A DNA stretch of 64,000 nucleotides, from assembly GCA_964647765.1 (NCBI GenBank), contig CAZYJC010000002.1, positions 39,512-103,511 of the forward strand, given 5' to 3'. Source of the DNA: an uncultured Candidatus Saccharibacteria bacterium. Lineage in GTDB: Bacteria; Patescibacteriota; Saccharimonadia; Saccharimonadales; UBA4665. Position 1 is the first letter of the stretch, and every line of letters begins with the position of its first letter. The notes beneath the pieces are model-generated. The model made no database searches and was not told where the DNA came from. It worked only from the letters and a program-made list of their open reading frames with translations. Shown here piece by piece: positions 9,845 to 17,962 of the stretch. The position numbers and the translations under genes are program-made.

Positions 9845-11518
9845 ATGAAAATTAAGAGACTTACACAATTATTTACGGCAACTGTTATTAGTTTGTCGTC
9901 ATTAATGGCCATATCACTCCCGTTGGCTCACGCCGCTCAATATACCTGTACGTGGACAGGTTTGGGGGGCGATAGCAAATTCAGTACTGGTGCGAACTGG
10001 GATGCTGGATGTAATGGAAGTAATGCGCCAGTTTCAGCAGACAATGATATTTTAATTTTCAACAAAGACACAGCTACCCCGGGAACGCTAATTAATGACT
10101 TGCCAGCGGGGACAAATTTCAGCCAAATTATTATTGATGGCTCTGGCACAGAAGGCTTTACTTTTACCGGAAACTCGATTAATTTAACTGGCGGATCGAT
10201 TACTGATAACAGTTTGACAGCCGGATCGTTTGATACTTTTGATCTGGCAATAGTATTACTTGGTAATTACGTAGTAAGTATCAATAATCGAGATGTATCT
10301 TTAACCCTTGGTGGACCGACCAGCGATGTAAGTGGTTCGGCTAACATCACTAAGCAAGGGGACGGATTGCTTAAGCTTGCGGGCAATAATACAAGTTGGA
10401 CTGGTAGCTTGATCGCAAATCAAGGCTCTGTGGCTGCCCAGTCGGCGAATGCTTTTGGTTCGAGCCCTACGGACGCTTTATTTAATAACGGTGCAGACTT
10501 AGCAATAATCAGTTGCAGTGATATGACATTTAACGGCCATTTTACGCTCACCGGTTCGAGCTCCTTAACCACTGGTGATTACCCGAACGGCAAGTTCAAT
10601 AGCGCAATTGGGTGCCCTTCAGGAGGCGGAGGGAATGCTGATGAAATTTATGGCTACGACAGTCAGGATGGCGCAAACCTGACCCTCGCTGGCGCTATTA
10701 ATCTTGGTAGCGACGTTACTTTTGCTCCAAACAGTGGCACGACAACTATTACAGGTGATTTACTCGGATCCTACAGCATCAGTCTGTTGCCAGGTCTAGC
10801 CGGTAAATTGGTAATTAATAGTTCGAATAATGCTTCAAATACGGCAAACGGTACATATACGTCAGCGCAATTCACTAAAACAATCAGCGACGCCAACGCA
10901 AATACGGTAGAAATCTACAAGAATAACGCAATTACAATCGATGGTAGTCGAGGGGGCACCACTGTACATAATGGCGGTTGGCTGCTTGGCACAGGCACAG
11001 TAGGTGCTCTCGGTATAGAATCTGGTGGAAATGTTGGCCCCGGCCACAGTCCCGGATGTATTAATAGCGGAAACCTGACGCTCAATGGTAATTACGCGGC
11101 TCAAATAGGTGGTACCACGGCATGCACAGGCTACGATCAAATTGTTGTTACAGGATCAGTGAACCTAAACGGTGGGACTGTTTTGCCGACACTATATAAC
11201 GGTTTTGTTCCTACAGCTGGCCAGAAGTACACAATAATTAGCAACGACGGCAGTGATCCTATCAGCGGCACTCTAAGCGGTGTTGCCGAGGGTGGTAGCA
11301 TCACAGGTGACGGTGTGACCTATACCGTCAGTTATGTTGGAGGTGATGGCAATGACTTAACACTAACTGTTAAATCTATCGATCCGTCTAAGCTTCCTGG
11401 CAAGCCAAATACGGGCTTTGCACTACTTTTCGGCAACCCGATCGTTACACTACTCGTTACCATATTGTCTGCATCAGCATTGTACTACCTAGCTCGGCAA
11501 CGCAAGTTAGCAAAATAA
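9845..11518 (+). CDS. Secreted beta-helix surface protein with autotransporter-associated (PATR-type) repeat and C-terminal cell-wall sorting-like signal
   Basis: Has a signal peptide (...SLPLAHA/AQY). ITKQGDGLLKLAGNNTSWTGSLIANQGSV matches the PATR repeat. The C-terminus is KPNTG, then a hydrophobic helix, then ARQRKLAK. A sortase gene follows 14 nt downstream. Confidence 0.6.
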   Translation: MKIKRLTQLFTATVISLSSLMAISLPLAHAAQYTCTWTGLGGDSKFSTGANWDAGCNGSNAPVSADNDILIFNKDTATPGTLINDLPAGTNFSQIIIDGSGTEGFTFTGNSINLTGGSITDNSLTAGSFDTFDLAIVLLGNYVVSINNRDVSLTLGGPTSDVSGSANITKQGDGLLKLAGNNTSWTGSLIANQGSVAAQSANAFGSSPTDALFNNGADLAIISCSDMTFNGHFTLTGSSSLTTGDYPNGKFNSAIGCPSGGGGNADEIYGYDSQDGANLTLAGAINLGSDVTFAPNSGTTTITGDLLGSYSISLLPGLAGKLVINSSNNASNTANGTYTSAQFTKTISDANANTVEIYKNNAITIDGSRGGTTVHNGGWLLGTGTVGALGIESGGNVGPGHSPGCINSGNLTLNGNYAAQIGGTTACTGYDQIVVTGSVNLNGGTVLPTLYNGFVPTAGQKYTIISNDGSDPISGTLSGVAEGGSITGDGVTYTVSYVGGDGNDLTLTVKSIDPSKLPGKPNTGFALLFGNPIVTLLVTILSASALYYLARQRKLAK

Positions 11519-11534
11519 TTCAACGGAGGGATTG

Positions 11535-12482
11535 ATGCCGCAACAGCCAACTAGTCTGTTTGACGGATCAATTGCGCCTTCCCGTCGGGCTCAAAAATTC
11601 ATCAATAACGATGTAACTGCTGCCGGGCCGGCTAGGACTCATAATCAGACTTTTTCAAACCAGATTAAACCAGAAACCAAAAAACCCAGTCTAGACAGCA
11701 TTAGAACTAGGACTCAAAAATCTACAGTCCTGAATCGACAGGTTTTTATTCAGCCTAAACCCGAGACTATTCGCGCAGCAAAAAATAAAAAACACAAGTC
11801 AGTTAGTAAGCCTAGACCGAAATATAGCCATACCCAATATGCTTTAGCTGGCATGGCTACAGTGGTCTTAGTCGTTGGCTTAAGTGTTAGTATTTTGTCA
11901 TTCCAGACAAATAGGCACATCCAGGCCCAGGTGAAGGCGGCAACTACTAACAGCGCAAATCCTGAAGAGGGCACGAGCGATGTCCCAAGTGAGACGAAGC
12001 CAAGCAACATTTCTGCATATCAAGTTGCGCCTTCATTGCCAAAATTTTTAAAAATTCCACGACTTGGAATTAGCGCAAGAGTTAGATCATTAGGCGTAAA
12101 TAGCAACAATGAACTCTTAGCACCGAGTAATATCTATGACACAGGCTGGTACAATGCCAGCGCCAAACCTGGGGATAGCGAAGCAAAGGGTGCAATATTA
12201 ATAGACGGGCATGTCCATGGTCCAACTTATCCCGGAGTATTTAGCAAAATAAAAATCCTTAAGGCTGGCGACGAGCTCCAGATTCAAAGAGGCGATAATC
12301 AACTGTTTCGCTACCAAGTTATTAAAGTACAGAGTTATGATGCGAATACTCTAGATATGCGGCTTGCAATGGCATCAATCACCCCAGGCAAGGCTGGTCT
12401 GAATTTGATAACTTGTGGCGGCAAGTACGACAAAAAAACCGGTTATAGCCAGCGAACTTTAGTTTTTGCTGTCCAAAAATAA
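11535..12482 (+). CDS. Sortase (class E/F-like) with long basic N-terminal tail and TM anchor
   Basis: The catalytic domain carries IDGHVHG (His), LNLITCGG (TLxTC-type Cys) and SQRTLVFA (Arg). The TM anchor is YALAGMATVVLVVGLSVSILSF. ATG 11535 is 4-5 nt after GGAGGG; a TTG at 11532 is an alternative start. Confidence 0.8.
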   Translation: MPQQPTSLFDGSIAPSRRAQKFINNDVTAAGPARTHNQTFSNQIKPETKKPSLDSIRTRTQKSTVLNRQVFIQPKPETIRAAKNKKHKSVSKPRPKYSHTQYALAGMATVVLVVGLSVSILSFQTNRHIQAQVKAATTNSANPEEGTSDVPSETKPSNISAYQVAPSLPKFLKIPRLGISARVRSLGVNSNNELLAPSNIYDTGWYNASAKPGDSEAKGAILIDGHVHGPTYPGVFSKIKILKAGDELQIQRGDNQLFRYQVIKVQSYDANTLDMRLAMASITPGKAGLNLITCGGKYDKKTGYSQRTLVFAVQK

Positions 12483-12483
12483 A

Positions 12484-12510
12484 CCAACACCCGCAATTTG
12501 CGGGCGTTGG
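12484..12510. terminator. Hairpin terminator between convergent genes
   Basis: CCAACACCCGCA / TGCGGGCGTTGG form an 11/12-bp stem with a 3-nt loop. The U-tract is on the minus-strand side only (plus strand AAAAATAAA upstream), so it is best supported for the minus-strand gene. Confidence 0.5.
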
Positions 12511-12527
12511 TACTGATGCCAAATGAT

Positions 12528-13295
12528 TTATAGCAGGTATTGTAACTGATCTTGTGGTACTGGATTGTCCGCTTCGCCGCCGCCTTCATCGCCACCTGAA
12601 GTCCCGGCTGACGCTGCACCGGCCTGAGGCGTAGCCTCTTCACATTTACCGTTCACGAAATTGTAGCTCTTATGACTCTTGTTGATACCGTCAAAATGCA
12701 CGAAGTAGCAGGATTTATCTTTTTCGCCAATGAGGATAGGCTTAGCATTAAACTTGGCCTTATTTTTCTTAATTCCTTTGCCGGCATATCGAATCATGAG
12801 ATGTCCAGAAGCCGGATCTTTACAGATAATCCTGGTAACAGGATATCTTTTGACACCATTTTGAACCACTTCTTTTTCGCTAAGATTGAATTTAGATTTG
12901 TTCATAGTCGGAGTCTTAGAGATTCGATGATCAGATCCTGCTAGTGGCGATACTCCACATTTTGCCGCAGTAACTTTGCCGCTATCTCCACCTTGTACAA
13001 TCTGGAAACTTCCCAGAGTGCCTGCCCCATTGTACACATAAAGCTTTGTTGTGTTTGGATCGATCTTGCTTTTCTTAGGTTTCTTACCTGTTTTTTTGCC
13101 GGAACCGGAACCTGCTCCGTCAGCCGAGGCTCCTCCGGTATTAGCACCGAGTACGCCGCCGCCGTTAGCGTGACTGGCCACGACCATAAAAGTGCCGCCA
13201 ACTGCTAACGTGACTATTACTAGTAGCGGAACTAGCAGATGTGATATGCCCTTATTATTGAGGGCACGTAGTTTATACGCCTTTGGTATCTTCAT
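12528..13295 (-). CDS. Hypothetical membrane-anchored/secreted protein, Gly/Lys-rich linker
   Basis: Has an N-terminal TM/signal anchor (HLLVPLLVIVTLAVGGTFMVVA), a G/S/K-rich linker, four Cys and an acidic Gly-rich C-terminus. No family was recognised. Confidence 0.5.
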   Translation of the reverse strand: MKIPKAYKLRALNNKGISHLLVPLLVIVTLAVGGTFMVVASHANGGGVLGANTGGASADGAGSGSGKKTGKKPKKSKIDPNTTKLYVYNGAGTLGSFQIVQGGDSGKVTAAKCGVSPLAGSDHRISKTPTMNKSKFNLSEKEVVQNGVKRYPVTRIICKDPASGHLMIRYAGKGIKKNKAKFNAKPILIGEKDKSCYFVHFDGINKSHKSYNFVNGKCEEATPQAGAASAGTSGGDEGGGEADNPVPQDQLQYLL

Positions 13296-13438
13296 TGTTT
13301 GTTATCCTTTTTATTTTTGATTACTCTAGACCTATTTTTAAGCATTAGCTATATCTTGTCAACACCTGAGATCTTTGCCTGTGGATAACCGAAAATTAAA
13401 TAATTTAATCAAATTACCAAAAAGTTGATGCTTGTGCT

Positions 13439-13466
13439 TTGCCTTACCAAAACTTAGGCCTAAAAT
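13439..13466 (+). promoter_or_regulatory. Candidate promoter TTGCCT-N16-TAAAAT just upstream of start codon (possible leaderless mRNA)
   Basis: TTGCCT lies at 13439-13444 and TAAAAT at 13461-13466. The ATG at 13476 is only 9 nt after the -10, and there is no SD. Confidence 0.4.
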
Positions 13467-13475
13467 CGCTCTACT

Positions 13476-14921
13476 ATGCGGCGAGCAGAAAAAGTAAATA
13501 GGGCAGTATTGGCAATACTATTTGTAGTCGGCACAATGCAGATGGTTTTGTCTCAGAATGTCTGGGCAGCTAGTGATCCCTCCCTTGTCATTAGCCAGTT
13601 CAAAATAACCAGCAGTAACGGTCAATTTATTACGCTGTACAACCCCACAAACAGCACAATAGATATGACAAAGTTTCAGCTGCAGTACTTCAATAGCTAT
13701 GATCTCGCCAAAGCTACTTCAAGTAGAATGTTGGCTTTGGTGGGTACGCTCTCGCCGCATGGTTTTTATACTGTTAGCGACGATGATTTGGTAATGTGCT
13801 ACCGAATGGTTGTAGATTCAACTTCGCTTGGTTTTTCTTCGACTGCTGGGATGATTCAAGTTCTTCAATTAGCACAGAACAGCAATGGAGCGTCAGTCAT
13901 CCCTACGATCCAGGATTTTGTTAGCTGGTCTAAGTCGACGGCAACTGGCGCTCAAACTTTACCGACATCTTCTTCAGCCTGGCTTCAACGAAGGCCGGTC
14001 GATTCCCAAGGCTCACCTAACGTAGTTTCCCCCGGCAGTGGTAGCTGGATGGCTGTTCAGCAGGATAGCGCTGATGCTTGCAATATTATTATGCTGGGAA
14101 CAAACATTCCCACAACACTAAATTCTGGACTTCTTCCGCCGGTCCAGCCACCGCTAACTATTATCAATATTTTGTCGAGCTCTAGCCCAAATCAGTTGGC
14201 TGGATCAAATTTGCCTGATGCAGATCAAGGCCTAATGATGCCGTTAATAAATGAACTTTTGCCTAATCCGAGCGGCAATGGCAACGACCTTACAGAAGAG
14301 TTTATAGAGTTATATAACCCTAACTCTGTTGAGTTTGATTTGAGCGGCTTTAGTTTGCAAACAGGATTAACGACATTTCATAACTACAAGTTTGATCAAC
14401 GTGCCACCCTTGCTCCATTAAGTTTTACGGCATTTTACAGTACGAAGACTGGCGCCTCTCTCAGTAATTCTGCTGGACAAGCAAGGTTTTTGGATCCCAA
14501 TGGAAACGTACTAAATCAAACTGCTGAATATTCCAATGCTAAAGACGGACAATCTTGGGCTTATGCCAGCGGGAAATGGGTTTGGACCAGTGATGTAACA
14601 CCGGGTCTGGCGAATATCGTTCGAAACTCCCCATCGAATTTAACGGCCTCAACAAAAAAATCTAAAACCTCATCAAGCACGAAGACTAGGCTACAAAAGG
14701 TATCCAAATCCACCCCTAAAACTAAAAAGCTGCGCAAACCAAAAAAACAAAAAGTAATCGCAACAGCTATGCCAATCGCGAATACTTCACAAAAAACATC
14801 AGTCAATCTGCATTTTCTTGCGGCTGTCATAGTCGCAGCTATAATATACGTTGCATATGAGTACAGAGCTGAGATTTCAAATAGATACAGAAGGTTCAGA
14901 GGACACAAAGCGACTAGGTGA
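13476..14921 (+). CDS. Secreted protein with two lamin-tail-like domains, Lys-rich stalk and C-terminal TM anchor
   Basis: Signal peptide ...QNVWA/ASDP. LVISQFKITSSNGQFITLYNPTNSTIDMTKFQLQY and INELLPNPSGNGNDLTEEFIELYNPNSVEFDLSGFSLQ are LTD signatures. The C-terminus has a K-rich segment, then FLAAVIVAAIIYVAY, then a basic tail. Confidence 0.75.
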   Translation: MRRAEKVNRAVLAILFVVGTMQMVLSQNVWAASDPSLVISQFKITSSNGQFITLYNPTNSTIDMTKFQLQYFNSYDLAKATSSRMLALVGTLSPHGFYTVSDDDLVMCYRMVVDSTSLGFSSTAGMIQVLQLAQNSNGASVIPTIQDFVSWSKSTATGAQTLPTSSSAWLQRRPVDSQGSPNVVSPGSGSWMAVQQDSADACNIIMLGTNIPTTLNSGLLPPVQPPLTIINILSSSSPNQLAGSNLPDADQGLMMPLINELLPNPSGNGNDLTEEFIELYNPNSVEFDLSGFSLQTGLTTFHNYKFDQRATLAPLSFTAFYSTKTGASLSNSAGQARFLDPNGNVLNQTAEYSNAKDGQSWAYASGKWVWTSDVTPGLANIVRNSPSNLTASTKKSKTSSSTKTRLQKVSKSTPKTKKLRKPKKQKVIATAMPIANTSQKTSVNLHFLAAVIVAAIIYVAYEYRAEISNRYRRFRGHKATR

Positions 14922-15318
14922 AGATATTGGAGCCAAATTAAAAGGTGGGGAAGTCATCCTTATGTCGAGCGATCTTGGCGGAGGTAAGACTACCATGGTT
15001 AAGGGATTGGCTCAGGGAGCCGGCTTTAACGGCGATGTTACAAGTCCAAGTTTTACAATTGCGAATGAATATAAAGCAAAGAATCTAAATATTGTACATT
15101 TTGACTTGTACCGGATTGAAGAGCTTGGAATTATCGAGGAAGATATTATAGAAAAACTATCAGATCCAACTAATGTCATAATTATTGAATGGTTCAAGCT
15201 TGCGTCCGATGTTCTTAAAAAACAAAGCCCTGTTTTGGTGGAAATATTAGTCACTGGGCCAGACAGCCGCAGTATAGAAATATCGCTAGATAAAAAACTT
15301 GAATACCTGATGAGTTAA
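14851..15318 (+). CDS. tsaE: tRNA t6A biosynthesis ATPase TsaE
   Basis: GGEVILMSSDLGGGKTTMVKGL P-loop, SPSFTIANEY and HFDLYRIE motifs. The start (14851 or 14857) lies inside the previous gene. Confidence 0.85.
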   Translation: MHMSTELRFQIDTEGSEDTKRLGEDIGAKLKGGEVILMSSDLGGGKTTMVKGLAQGAGFNGDVTSPSFTIANEYKAKNLNIVHFDLYRIEELGIIEEDIIEKLSDPTNVIIIEWFKLASDVLKKQSPVLVEILVTGPDSRSIEISLDKKLEYLMS

Positions 15319-15322
15319 TTTT

Positions 15323-15718
15323 ATGTATATTTTGACACTCAGAACAGACAAGCCGATTTCTGAAATAGGTATTTTTAATGATAAGACCAAGCTAGATTAT
15401 TTGCCCTACCAGGCTGATCGTCAGCTTGCCGAAACCATTCACCAACAAATCGAAACACTTTTACACAAACAAAACCTTGATTTTAAGGACGTTGGCGGGC
15501 TAGTTGTCTACAAAGGTCCGGGTAGTTTTACAGGACTGCGCATTGGCATAACTGTTGCAAACGCCTTAGCCTATAGCTTAAAAATACCCATAGTAGGGGC
15601 AGTTGGAGACAAAAATTGGCTTGAGCTTGGGATCGATAGTCTGATTTCTGGTAAAAACGATGAATCAGTAGTGCCAGAATATGGCGCAGCACCAAACATT
15701 ACTTCACCTCGCAAATGA
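15323..15718 (+). CDS. tsaB: TsaB-like protein, short form (N-terminal ASKHA domain only)
   Basis: The GPGSFTGLRIGITVANALAYSLKIPIVG motif is present. The product is only 131 aa and ends in TGA. It follows tsaE by 4 nt. Confidence 0.75.
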   Translation: MYILTLRTDKPISEIGIFNDKTKLDYLPYQADRQLAETIHQQIETLLHKQNLDFKDVGGLVVYKGPGSFTGLRIGITVANALAYSLKIPIVGAVGDKNWLELGIDSLISGKNDESVVPEYGAAPNITSPRK

Positions 15719-15738
15719 TTTATACTGTTTAATAAATT

Positions 15739-16371
15739 ATGCTTAAGCTATCAAGAGAAGACAAAAAAGCTATCGGCCTGCTTCTTACGCCATCTTGGCT
15801 TAGTGGTCTTATAGCAGTGCTGGCAGGTCTAATCGTATGCGTCGGTACTATTGCAATTTTCCACTACAACGATACTACTATGCAGAAACAACTTATCGGC
15901 TGGCAGCAGTCAAAACCCGAAAAAGCCTTAACCACGCCAGATCAAGTGCTCGAGGAAAACGATAAGCCTACGCTCAAAGGTAGTTGGCCGCTCATTGTTG
16001 TATGGAGTTTGACTGGACTCGTTGTGTATCTTATAGCCGTATATATTGTGCACAGTATAGAAACTACGAAACGGTTTGCGGACTCAATGGATTACGTAAA
16101 CAGTCATCCAGAAACAGTGCTGGTTGCCACTGCTGAGAGGGCGACCCTACGAATAGTTTCGTTTATATTTTTGCTAGCGACAGCATATCTTGTTTGGCAC
16201 AAAGTCATTCCATATGGAATCATGGCTGGTCGAGTGGCCGCCCTTGATCTGATAAGTTTGGGAGGAATTTTGTCGGCGCTGCTGTCTTTTGCGGTGGTGG
16301 CTTTGAGTTTTCATGTATTGGCAGTACTGCTCAGGTTGTCACTTGGACGACCTAGAACCTTTTCATATTAA
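15739..16371 (+). CDS. Hypothetical polytopic membrane protein
   Basis: About four hydrophobic helices. No family was recognised. Confidence 0.5.
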   Translation: MLKLSREDKKAIGLLLTPSWLSGLIAVLAGLIVCVGTIAIFHYNDTTMQKQLIGWQQSKPEKALTTPDQVLEENDKPTLKGSWPLIVVWSLTGLVVYLIAVYIVHSIETTKRFADSMDYVNSHPETVLVATAERATLRIVSFIFLLATAYLVWHKVIPYGIMAGRVAALDLISLGGILSALLSFAVVALSFHVLAVLLRLSLGRPRTFSY

Positions 16372-16389
16372 TTTTTAGGGGTCATATCC

Positions 16390-16418
16390 TTGACAAAAAG
16401 CATAACCGTCACTATAGT
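16390..16418 (+). promoter_or_regulatory. Near-consensus sigma70 promoter TTGACA-N17-TATAGT
   Basis: TTGACA at 16390-16395, a 17-nt spacer, and TATAGT at 16413-16418, about 40 nt upstream of the ATG at 16458. Confidence 0.55.
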
Positions 16419-16457
16419 GATAAATGCTTAAAAGTTTAAGACAAAAAAGTCAAAAAA

Positions 16458-17786
16458 ATGTCAGATGGAGACAGCTTAAATATTGACGGCTCTTCTTTTG
16501 CGAGCCGTATGAAACAGCCGCCGAGGTCCGGATCGGTGGATGGGTTTCTAGGTTCTGCCGCGAATAGCCGCAGGGTTCAGCCAAGACCAGAAAATATGCC
16601 GCCTGTTCAGCCAAGGGGTTATCCGGCAACGGCAAATGCTAGCCATAATCCAGTACCTGCAGCTACCAGACAAATACATCAACCCCAGTCTTCAATGGGT
16701 CAACAATATCCTTCACCAAGACAACAACTACATTTGCAGTCCAATCCTCGTACGCAGTCAAATGCCCAGCCAGTAGCAGCAAAGGTGCCAGCTCAATCGC
16801 AAGTCATCGATCGCACGCGGGTTAGCAACCCCTTTGGTCAACAACAGTATTACCAGCCTCAACAATCTCAAAATATTCCACCGCAGCAGCACATGCAGAT
16901 GCAGCCTCAGCAACATCACAGTTCGTCACAGCCTCAGGCCTCTGGTCAACCGAACTCGCAGCACCATCAAGCCCAGCAGACCGGGCACCAACACCTGTAT
17001 CAATATTCTAGACAAATTAATACAGTCGCGCCGGCTGCTCATCATCAGGAAAGGCAGCAATTTCAAAACGTTGCCCAAGAACATCACGGGGCAAAAAAGA
17101 ATAAAAGTAAAAACCCGTCGACGGCCGTTAAAGCCGGTATGGTCGGACTGGCAGTGGCGGTTTTTGCTATCGGTATGGGCGTCAGTTTAAACACGCTACA
17201 TCAAAACAAACTTGCTCAAGAACAATTAACTCAGCTAACACGACAAGCGGATCAAAAAACGGTGGCTAGCACAAATACACAACCTAAAGGGACTGTGCTT
17301 GGATCAAATACAACCCAGTCTAACGCAACCTTTACAGTCCTGCCGGATCAGCCCAAGAACCTGATCATTCCTAAATTACAGCTGAACAGTCTTGCACAAC
17401 CGGTTGCTTTAACAGATAAAGGCCTTATTGCTTCTCCGAGCGACATCAAGAATGTTGGATGGTATTCTGCCAGTGCGAAACCTGGCGAGATTCCAACAGC
17501 CATGGTGTTTAATGGTGCGCTAGGATCGACCACCCAGCCAGGACCTTTTAACCAGCTAGACAAATTGACGATATCTGACAGTATTCAGGTAATTAGGGGT
17601 GACGGACAGACTTATAACTACAAAGTTGTTAAAACGGCTGCTTTTGATCCAGCAACACAAAATACCGGCAGTTTGTTAGCTCCAAGTAGGCCCGGCGTTC
17701 CTAGTCTGGTTCTTATCACAACCGTGCCCGCTGCAACAAACACACCGGCAACACAAGGAACAGTAGTATACGCTGAGCAAATTTGA
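16458..17786 (+). CDS. Sortase-fold paralog lacking catalytic His/Cys/Arg, with ~220-aa Gln/Pro/His-rich N-terminal tail and TM anchor
   Basis: The C-terminal domain aligns by eye with the sortase at 11535-12482 (GWYSASAKPGE vs GWYNASAKPGD; VIRGDGQTYNYKVVKT vs IQRGDNQLFRYQVIKV). The catalytic positions read FNGALG, LITTVP and TQGTVVYA. Confidence 0.7.
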   Translation: MSDGDSLNIDGSSFASRMKQPPRSGSVDGFLGSAANSRRVQPRPENMPPVQPRGYPATANASHNPVPAATRQIHQPQSSMGQQYPSPRQQLHLQSNPRTQSNAQPVAAKVPAQSQVIDRTRVSNPFGQQQYYQPQQSQNIPPQQHMQMQPQQHHSSSQPQASGQPNSQHHQAQQTGHQHLYQYSRQINTVAPAAHHQERQQFQNVAQEHHGAKKNKSKNPSTAVKAGMVGLAVAVFAIGMGVSLNTLHQNKLAQEQLTQLTRQADQKTVASTNTQPKGTVLGSNTTQSNATFTVLPDQPKNLIIPKLQLNSLAQPVALTDKGLIASPSDIKNVGWYSASAKPGEIPTAMVFNGALGSTTQPGPFNQLDKLTISDSIQVIRGDGQTYNYKVVKTAAFDPATQNTGSLLAPSRPGVPSLVLITTVPAATNTPATQGTVVYAEQI

Positions 17787-17962
17787 CCGTTACGGCCAAA
17801 CAGCAGTATATTTAAAGCAGGAATTGACTAAAAAGTCGTGAGAGACTTTAGTAATCCGAATTAAGTAAATCAAGTTATTACAAATAAGATCTTTACAGAT
17901 ATAGCTAGAGAAGTGAAAGCGATTGCCAATCTGTAAATTCTTACCGTTAGAAAGGGAAGTGT

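Noticed and set aside
9751-9912. A longer start for the PRC-barrel ORF that overlaps the surface-protein gene start.
   Set aside because: The extra 54 aa are hydrophobic junk with no PRC similarity. They would overlap the divergent gene and its promoter region. The internal ATG at 9750 gives a clean intergenic gap.
15716-15718. An alternative genetic code, such as the UGA recoding used by some CPR lineages.
   Set aside because: Genes with full-length family matches terminate cleanly at TGA; for example, tsaB ends AAA TGA. Conserved proteins are uninterrupted under code 11.
16800-17060. A CAG/CAA-rich stretch as a tandem repeat or phase-variable microsatellite.
   Set aside because: It is codon-level Gln/Pro/His low complexity with interrupted, imperfect repeats. 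There is no uninterrupted tract long enough for slippage.
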